Positions 46,868-53,395 of a stretch of DNA of 56,137 nucleotides are shown piece after piece (the first letter of the stretch is position 1; each line of letters opens with the position of its first letter). Under the pieces are notes generated by a model. The model saw only the letters and a program-made list of their open reading frames with translations. It made no database searches and was not told the DNA's origin. Origin of the DNA: Nitrososphaerales archaeon (lineage in GTDB: Archaea > Thermoproteota > Nitrososphaeria > Nitrososphaerales > JACAEJ01); NCBI GenBank assembly GCA_038883135.1, contig JAVZMU010000002.1:1-56137 (forward strand), read 5' to 3'. The position numbers and the translations under genes are program-made.

Positions 46868-47841
46868 TATTCATCTTGATAAAGGGTAAATCCATCCTCT
46901 CATTGATGGAATTAAGTTCGAAGGAAATCGAGAAAATTCTTGATTTAGCTATGATTTTGAAGAAAGAAGCAAAGCAAGGTTTATTCAGAAAATTACTCAA
47001 GGATAAAGTTCTTGCAATGATCTTCCAAAAACCTAGCACAAGAACAAGAGTTAGCTTTGAAACTGCAATGCTCCAACTTGGAGGACATGCCATTAATCTC
47101 AGTACTAATGAATTGCAATTAAGTCGTGGAGAGAGTATAGAAGATACAGCTAGAACGTTATCAAGATATGTTGATGTAATTATGGCTAGAGTTTATAACC
47201 ATGACGATTTGGTAAGATTGGCAAAAGCATCATCTGTACCTGTAATAAATGGTTTAAGTAATAATTACCATCCTGCTCAGATTTTAGCTGATTTACAAAC
47301 TCTTCTTGAATCAAAAGGCAGATTGAGAGGATTAAAGGTTGCATGGGTAGGAGATGGTAACAACGTTTGTAATACTTGGTTAATAGGAGCTGCATTAATG
47401 GGTATTAACATATCTATTGCAACACCAAAAGATTATCGTCCTTTAAAAGAAGCTATTAATAACGCTGAAAGAATAGCCAAAGATACATTAGCGAGAATAG
47501 AAATTTTAGAAGATCCTATGATGGCTGTAAAGGATGCTGATTGTGTTATAACAGATTCTATAGTATCAATGGGCTTTGAGCAAGAAAGAGATAAAAGATT
47601 AAAGACATTCATACCGAAGTATCAAGTTAATAATGAACTTATGAAAAGAGCAAAATCTGATGCTATATTTATGCATTGTTTACCTGCAAAGAGGGGAGAA
47701 GAGGTTACTGATGATGTTATAGACGGTCCTAAGTCTTTGGTTTGGGATGAAGCTGAGAATAGGCTTCACTCACAAAAGGCTTTGCTTTGCTATCTTCTCC
47801 TTGATGAAGACGAGATCATAAGAGATCTTTCTCATTCTTAA
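46864..47841 (+). CDS. argF: Ornithine carbamoyltransferase
   Basis: FQKPSTRTRVSFE, HPAQILADL, GDGNNV and FMHCLPAKRGEEV are OTCase-type motifs. The GTG start overlaps the ftsY stop. Confidence 0.82.
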   Translation: MIFILIKGKSILSLMELSSKEIEKILDLAMILKKEAKQGLFRKLLKDKVLAMIFQKPSTRTRVSFETAMLQLGGHAINLSTNELQLSRGESIEDTARTLSRYVDVIMARVYNHDDLVRLAKASSVPVINGLSNNYHPAQILADLQTLLESKGRLRGLKVAWVGDGNNVCNTWLIGAALMGINISIATPKDYRPLKEAINNAERIAKDTLARIEILEDPMMAVKDADCVITDSIVSMGFEQERDKRLKTFIPKYQVNNELMKRAKSDAIFMHCLPAKRGEEVTDDVIDGPKSLVWDEAENRLHSQKALLCYLLLDEDEIIRDLSHS

Positions 47842-47950
47842 AATTCGTATTGCTCTCTTCTTAGCACTAATAAAATTTTTTATGCACTAAATAATTATGC
47901 TTGCTATATAGAGCTACTATAGCTAAACTCTTTATTAATTTAAATCCATC

Positions 47951-47981
47951 TTATATTTTAAACTAAAAGTTTAAAATATAA
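47951..47981. promoter_or_regulatory. 31-bp AT palindrome (14-bp arms, 3-nt spacer) upstream of secE
   Basis: TTATATTTTAAACT-aaa-AGTTTAAAATATAA, checked base by base. It lies 27-57 nt upstream of the secE ATG. Confidence 0.5.
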
Positions 47982-48007
47982 AGCATAATCTCATACTATG
48001 AGGATAT

Positions 48008-48181
48008 ATGGCTTTATCAGATTTAATAAAATCGATCATACAGATGCTTAAACTTTCTAGAAAGTCAAGTAAGGAAGAATATCTTTTATACCTTAAGCTG
48101 ACTCTTTTAGGCATAACTGTAGTCGGGATACTAGGCTTCATTATTAAGATCATAAGTTCTGTACTACAGCTCATGGGTTAA
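48008..48181 (+). CDS. secE: Protein translocase subunit SecE (Sec61 gamma)
   Basis: Below the track cutoff. My translation is MALSDLIKSIIQMLKLSRKSSKEEYLLYLKLTLLGITVVGILGFIIKIISSVLQLMG, with a single C-terminal TM helix. Conserved position before spt5. Confidence 0.85.
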   Translation: MALSDLIKSIIQMLKLSRKSSKEEYLLYLKLTLLGITVVGILGFIIKIISSVLQLMG

Positions 48182-48200
48182 TCATAGAGATGAAAAGAAA

Positions 48201-48683
48201 ATGTCAAAGAATCCATCCAATAAGCTATTTGCAGTAAAAACTACAGGAGGGCAAGAAAAGATCGTTGCAAGGTTAATTTATAACAAAGTATCCACTAGAA
48301 AATTACCAATTTCTTCTATACTAGTAGTAGATGAGATGAAAGGATATGTTCTCATAGAGGCAAGTAACGCACAAGTTATAAGTGAAGTTACATCAGGGTT
48401 AAAACATGTAAAAGGTCTCGTTCCTGGTATGCTAAATTATGAAGACATTGAGAGATTCCTTATAGCAAAACCTATCATCTCTGAGTTAAAGGTAGATGAT
48501 ATAGTTGAGATAGTAGCAGGTCCCTTTAAAGGTATGAGGGCAAAGATAAATAGGATAGAGTCGGCTCGTTCAGAAGTTACCGTTGTACTTTTAGATGCAC
48601 CATATCAACTTCCTGTAACTGTAGATGCAAGCTATTTAAAAATAATTCCACAAACAAAAAGTCCATCTTCCTCTGAGATATAA
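48201..48683 (+). CDS. spt5: Transcription elongation factor Spt5 (NusG)
   Basis: NGN domain (LFAVKTTGGQEKIVA...KGYVLIEA) plus KOW (VDDIVEIVAGPFKGMRAKI). Confidence 0.92.
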   Translation: MSKNPSNKLFAVKTTGGQEKIVARLIYNKVSTRKLPISSILVVDEMKGYVLIEASNAQVISEVTSGLKHVKGLVPGMLNYEDIERFLIAKPIISELKVDDIVEIVAGPFKGMRAKINRIESARSEVTVVLLDAPYQLPVTVDASYLKIIPQTKSPSSSEI

Positions 48684-48732
48684 TTAACATATAATTTTTA
48701 TACAAGATGGTTAGAAAATTCAACGGAAAGTT

Positions 48733-48966
48733 ATGAGAGCATATATTTTGGTAAAAGCCAAACCAGGTACTAGTGAAGATATTCTTAAAGTTATTAAAGG
48801 CTTAAAAGGAATAAATGTTATTTTAGCTGATTCTGTTTATGGAAGGTTTGATGCTGTAGTAGTAATAGAAGCTCAAGATCTAAAAGCCCTTAGCGAGATG
48901 GTCTATAAGATGATTGGTGGACATCCAGATATACTTCATACTGAAACTCTAATAACTCTTTCCTAA
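48733..48966 (+). CDS. Stand-alone Lrp/AsnC-type RAM domain protein (tandem copy 1)
   Basis: MRAYILVKAKPGTSEDILKVIKGLKGI...VYGRFDAVVVIEAQDLKALSEMV...HTETLITL. Confidence 0.65.
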   Translation: MRAYILVKAKPGTSEDILKVIKGLKGINVILADSVYGRFDAVVVIEAQDLKALSEMVYKMIGGHPDILHTETLITLS

Positions 48967-48970
48967 TTTA

Positions 48971-49222
48971 GTGATAAAATTGCCTATAAGAGCCTTCGTA
49001 TTAGTTACAACAAAGCCTGGTACTTCTGAAGAGATAGTTAGAGCAAGAACGATAAGAGGAGTAAAAATAGCAAATTCTGTCTTTGGTAGGTTTGATGCTG
49101 TGATAATGGTCGAGGCTAAGGATATGAGAGAATTATCAAGAATAGTTTATGAAATGATAGAGAAGATGCCAAATATAATAAGCACTGAGACTCTTATCTC
49201 TCTATTTTATCCACCAGAGTAA
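48971..49222 (+). CDS. Stand-alone Lrp/AsnC-type RAM domain protein (tandem copy 2)
   Basis: Clear paralog of the preceding gene: IRAFVLVTTKPGTSEEIV...VFGRFDAVIMVEAKDMRELSRIV...STETLISL. Confidence 0.65.
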   Translation: MIKLPIRAFVLVTTKPGTSEEIVRARTIRGVKIANSVFGRFDAVIMVEAKDMRELSRIVYEMIEKMPNIISTETLISLFYPPE

Positions 49223-49299
49223 TCAAAATTCTCTAAATAGTTAAAGCGATTCCTTTAAAAACATGATATTTATGCTAATCTAAAAGAGAGCGATATATA

Positions 49300-49785
49300 T
49301 TGGGAGAGAAAAAAGTTATCAATGCTTTAATAGTTGGTGGAGAGGCTACAGCAGGTCCTCCATTAGGACCAGCTCTTGGTCCCCTTGGAGTAAACGTAGT
49401 TGCAATAGTGAATAAGATTAATGAATTAACGAAAGAGTATTCAGGTATGAGGGTTCCTGTAAAGATAGCTGTTGATGTAGAAACAAAAGGATTTGATGTT
49501 GAAGTCGGTACTCCTACGACTTCTGCTTTGATCGTAAAAGAGGCAGGAATTCAGAAGGGATCAGGAACGCCAAAAACGAATTATGCTGGTAATTTAAGTT
49601 TTCAACAACTGTTAAAGATTGCTAAAATGAAGAAACAAAACTCTTATGGTAAGAGTTTGAAGTCTGTGATAAGAGAGATAGTTGGATCGTGTGTAAGCAT
49701 GGGCATATCGATAGAAGGAAAAGATCCTAGGGAAATACAGAAAGAAATTTATGAGGGAAAGTGGGACAAAAGTATAGGAGAATGA
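49300..49785 (+). CDS. rpl11: Ribosomal protein uL11
   Basis: GGEATAGPPLGPALGPLGVNV. TTG start. Confidence 0.93.
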   Translation: MGEKKVINALIVGGEATAGPPLGPALGPLGVNVVAIVNKINELTKEYSGMRVPVKIAVDVETKGFDVEVGTPTTSALIVKEAGIQKGSGTPKTNYAGNLSFQQLLKIAKMKKQNSYGKSLKSVIREIVGSCVSMGISIEGKDPREIQKEIYEGKWDKSIGE

Positions 49786-49819
49786 GTTAAAAATTTTTAA
49801 ATATTATTTTTTATTCAAA

Positions 49820-50476
49820 GTGAATCAAATGTCTAATTCAATAGAGATAATAAGGAAAGCAAGAGAGAGTACAAAAAAAAGAAATTTTCTTCAATCTTTT
49901 GAGCTTATATTATCACTTCAAAATATAGATCTTAAGAAAAAAGAGTTCAATTTAAATGAAATAGTATTCTTACCTCATATTTTTACTAATCCTCCCTTAA
50001 TTTGTGTTTTTGCATCTGGTGATATGGCATTAAAGGCTAAGAACATTAATGTGGATAGAGTTATAGAACCTGAAGAACTCGATAAACTAATGCTTTCAAA
50101 AAGAGATGTAAGAAAGATAGCTCAGAATTATGATTTCTTTCTTGCTGAAGCACCTTTAATGCCTAAAATAGGAAAGATTTTTGGTCCATACCTTGGTCCT
50201 AAGGGTAAAATGCCATCTCCTTTACCTCCTAATGCTCCTATAGAGAATATCGTAACAAGATATCGTTCAGCAACAAGAGTAAGAACAAAAAATCAACTCA
50301 CTATTTCGTGTAAAATAGGTGATGAGAGCATGGATGATGATAAAATTGCTGAAAATTTATCGACTGTTATAAGCTTTATTGAGAAGAAGCTACCATCTGG
50401 CTCAAAAAATATAAAGAATATAATGATAAAGCTCAGTATGGGTCCTGTAGTAAAACTCCCTAAGATAGAGGCGTAA
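49820..50476 (+). CDS. rpl1: Ribosomal protein uL1
   Basis: Archaeal L1 sequence (FLAEAPLMPKIGKIFGPYLGPKGKMP). Confidence 0.92.
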   Translation: MNQMSNSIEIIRKARESTKKRNFLQSFELILSLQNIDLKKKEFNLNEIVFLPHIFTNPPLICVFASGDMALKAKNINVDRVIEPEELDKLMLSKRDVRKIAQNYDFFLAEAPLMPKIGKIFGPYLGPKGKMPSPLPPNAPIENIVTRYRSATRVRTKNQLTISCKIGDESMDDDKIAENLSTVISFIEKKLPSGSKNIKNIMIKLSMGPVVKLPKIEA

Positions 50477-50479
50477 GAA

Positions 50480-51346
50480 TTGCAAGTAGCTTTAAAAAGA
50501 CCTAGATTAAAGAAGGAAAGAATTGTTCAGAGGATTATATCTCTTACAAAGAATTACAGAACAATAGCTATGTCAAAGCTTTACAAAGTTAGAGCAGCTC
50601 AGTTAATGGAGTTAAGAAAAAAATTCAGAAAAGATATGGAGATAATAGTAATTAAGAATAAAGTAGCATCCATAGCATTTAAGCAAACCAATCTTAGCAA
50701 TGTTGAAGATTTCATAAAAGAAATTAAGGGTCAAACTGCTCTAATTTTCACCAATATGGATCCCTTCAAACTCTATATGCTCCTTGAAAAGAATAAGGTC
50801 AACTTACCTGCAAGACCAGGAGACATAGCCACTGAAGATATAGTTATACCAGCAGGAAATACTGGAATAGCTCCTGGTCCGATCTTAAGTGAGTTTAAGG
50901 AAGCTAAGATTCCAACTAGAATAGACTCTGGAAGCATTTGGATATCGAAAGATACTGTAGTAGCCAATAAGGGTGATTCAATCTCTCCAAAACTTGCTAG
51001 CTTGCTTTCTAAATTGGGTATAAAGCCTGTGAGAGCAGGATTATCTGTATTTACTGCATGGTATGATGGTTTAATCTTTCACGAAAACGATATGAAGATT
51101 GACTTAGAAGAGTATAAACATTCAATACAAGATGCTTATGCTAACGCAAAAGCTTTAGCAATAAAAGCTTCTTACCCAACAAAAGAGACTTTACCTCCAA
51201 TAATAATCAAATGTGAGAATGAAGCAAGATCTTTAGCTATTTCATCAAGCTATATTAGTAAGGATACAATAGCTGATATTCTAGTGAAGTGTAATAATGA
51301 GGCTATGATATTATATAGCAAAATAAGAGATAAAGGATACATATAA
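50480..51346 (+). CDS. rpl10: Ribosomal stalk protein uL10 (P0)
   Basis: P0 N-domain and archaeal insertion domain. TTG start 3 nt after the rpl1 stop. Confidence 0.9.
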   Translation: MQVALKRPRLKKERIVQRIISLTKNYRTIAMSKLYKVRAAQLMELRKKFRKDMEIIVIKNKVASIAFKQTNLSNVEDFIKEIKGQTALIFTNMDPFKLYMLLEKNKVNLPARPGDIATEDIVIPAGNTGIAPGPILSEFKEAKIPTRIDSGSIWISKDTVVANKGDSISPKLASLLSKLGIKPVRAGLSVFTAWYDGLIFHENDMKIDLEEYKHSIQDAYANAKALAIKASYPTKETLPPIIIKCENEARSLAISSSYISKDTIADILVKCNNEAMILYSKIRDKGYI

Positions 51347-51376
51347 TTGACTTATTGAATGGAAGTAAAGCTACGA

Positions 51377-51691
51377 TTATCCAAAGAGGGCAGATAAACC
51401 TTCTAGGCTCTCTTCCTCTCTTTTCTCCTCTTTCTTCTCCTCTTTCTTCTCTACATGCTTTTCTTTTTCAGGAACTACGGTTGGAGTAGGAGCTACTGTT
51501 GGAGCTATTGTAGGAGTAAAAGCACTTTTTAATACTTCATCTATGTTTATCTCACTTAAAGCTGAGACTAAAGCCTTCACCTTTACTTCATCAGGTTCAG
51601 CACCTGCTGCCTTTATTACTCTCTTTATGTTCTCCTCATCTACCTTCTTATCAAGTTTATGAAGTAATAGAGCAGCATATACATATTCCAT
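51377..51691 (-). CDS. rpl12: Ribosomal stalk protein P1 (aL12), encoded on the opposite strand to rpl10
   Basis: [32 protein letters not shown]..., a Pro/Thr/Ala hinge, a charged stretch and the canonical tail [12 protein letters not shown]. Confidence 0.92.
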   Translation of the reverse strand: MEYVYAALLLHKLDKKVDEENIKRVIKAAGAEPDEVKVKALVSALSEINIDEVLKSAFTPTIAPTVAPTPTVVPEKEKHVEKKEEKKEEKREEESLEGLSALFG

Positions 51692-51778
51692 GATGCTACA
51701 CCACTTATATTATAGAAGCTGATTTTTATAGTATTTAAAAATAGCGTTGTATTTAATAGGTTAAAGTTAAGATTCTTG

Positions 51779-53185
51779 TTATAAAACTGGTATCAATTTT
51801 ACCTCTTCACTAGTAACTGAGATGTTGTATAATCGTGTTTCTGGTCTAACCCCATAGATAAAGATAGCCCCATCAATATTCTTCAAAACAAAATGTTTAT
51901 CACACATTTGTGATACTTGATCAGCAACCTTTTGCCCCCTCTTAGTTATAGCAATATAAACATCTCCCCACTCATTTATTGATGATAAATTCGTTGCAAC
52001 GTTAAGTAATGTCGCATTATATCCCAATGAATATTCTATAAAATCTGTAGACATTATGTGGCAAATAGGTTGTTTTTCTCTTCCCACTATTTTAGATCTT
52101 ACTGCAAACCAAGATTCAAGGGTCTTATCTAAGTTTTTTAAATGAACAAAAAATCTATTTTCTGGAACAGGTCGCTCAAAAATTGCCTTTTGAGCAATCA
52201 TCATATTGTTCACTTTATCACCAACAATTTCCTTTAAACTTTTAATCTGTTCCTCAACACTTAATCCTTCTAACGGGGTTATTATCAATCCTCTTTCAAG
52301 TAATAATGTGTTAACCATTAAAGGAAAGATCAAATAGTGAAGATGTTCGCTACCTACTCCATATTCTAAAGTAAATATTATTGATGTACCTAACTTATAG
52401 CCTCCGCCTAAAATCTTATCAAAATCTGGTATACCACTTGATATTTTATCCTTTTCAGGATCAGGAATTATCTTAAAATTCTTAAGGTATATTAGCTTAA
52501 TAGGTGGGAAGTATCTAAAATGCCCTTCATGTAAAGTAAAAGCGTAATTCTTCCTTTTCCTTACAGTACCTTGAAGCTTGTTAATCTTAATTTCCCTTAC
52601 TGATCGTTTCTCTAATAAGTTTCTCCAAACCCTTCCATATTTTGCTTCACTAAATACATTTATATCAGAGAGAGTTACCACTCCATCTGCTAAATAGTCG
52701 AGAGTGGATAGATTAGGATTCTCGCTAACAAGGATAATATTAGCACCCTTTTCGCTAATCAAACTCTCTAAAAGTCCTAACATTTTCTCTGCCTCTTCAG
52801 ATCCTACTTCTCTCACAATACCTTCCCAACTATCTATTATTACCAAAGGGTTGTTTAATTTCGTGATAAGGTCATATACACGCTCAAATGGTAATGAATA
52901 CATTTTCATCTTTGCATCTATTATTGTAATGCCCTTTTTATTCGCCAATAAAACACTCTCCGGTTTGATTACATCCTTTAACCAAGTAAAAGAAGCAAAC
53001 AACCTCTTTGGCGTTACTCTTGTAGTCACATAGACTCCATTCCTACTTTCTCTAAAGTGATTTAACAACTCGAGACTTAATATCGTCTTCCCAGTACCAG
53101 GTTTACCCTTAATTAAAAGAATATTACTTTCTTGAGATAAGAAATTTATTAGCTCTTTCGGAATATTACTTTCAGACAATTCCAT
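51779..53185 (-). CDS. GvpD/KaiC-like two-domain RecA-superfamily ATPase. The second domain lacks a P-loop.
   Basis: N-domain: IPKELINFLSQESNILLIKGKPGTGKT (Walker A) and LVIIDSWEG (Walker B). C-domain: ISSGIPDFDKILGGGYKLGTSIIFTLEYGVGSE, which has the KaiC-type entry motif with the GxxGxGK[ST] eroded. Confidence 0.65.
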   Translation of the reverse strand: MELSESNIPKELINFLSQESNILLIKGKPGTGKTILSLELLNHFRESRNGVYVTTRVTPKRLFASFTWLKDVIKPESVLLANKKGITIIDAKMKMYSLPFERVYDLITKLNNPLVIIDSWEGIVREVGSEEAEKMLGLLESLISEKGANIILVSENPNLSTLDYLADGVVTLSDINVFSEAKYGRVWRNLLEKRSVREIKINKLQGTVRKRKNYAFTLHEGHFRYFPPIKLIYLKNFKIIPDPEKDKISSGIPDFDKILGGGYKLGTSIIFTLEYGVGSEHLHYLIFPLMVNTLLLERGLIITPLEGLSVEEQIKSLKEIVGDKVNNMMIAQKAIFERPVPENRFFVHLKNLDKTLESWFAVRSKIVGREKQPICHIMSTDFIEYSLGYNATLLNVATNLSSINEWGDVYIAITKRGQKVADQVSQMCDKHFVLKNIDGAIFIYGVRPETRLYNISVTSEEVKLIPVL

Positions 53186-53395
53186 ATACGGAAGAACGAA
53201 AAATCATAAAAGGTTTATGGTGGTGTAGAGTTCTTAATTATTAATAATTTTTCTTTACATAAACTATAAGCTCGATCGTATTGAGCCTTAAACAGACTTT
53301 TATGTTCCTTTTAAAATTAATGCTTTAAGATTGATTACTTTTCATCTAATTACACTAAATTCTTTAAATAATCGTTATTTATCTCTCATAATGTC

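Noticed and set aside
47971-48174. 67-aa ORF on the minus strand
   Set aside because: It is antisense to the well-supported 57-aa SecE gene (48008-48181), which occupies the conserved position before spt5.
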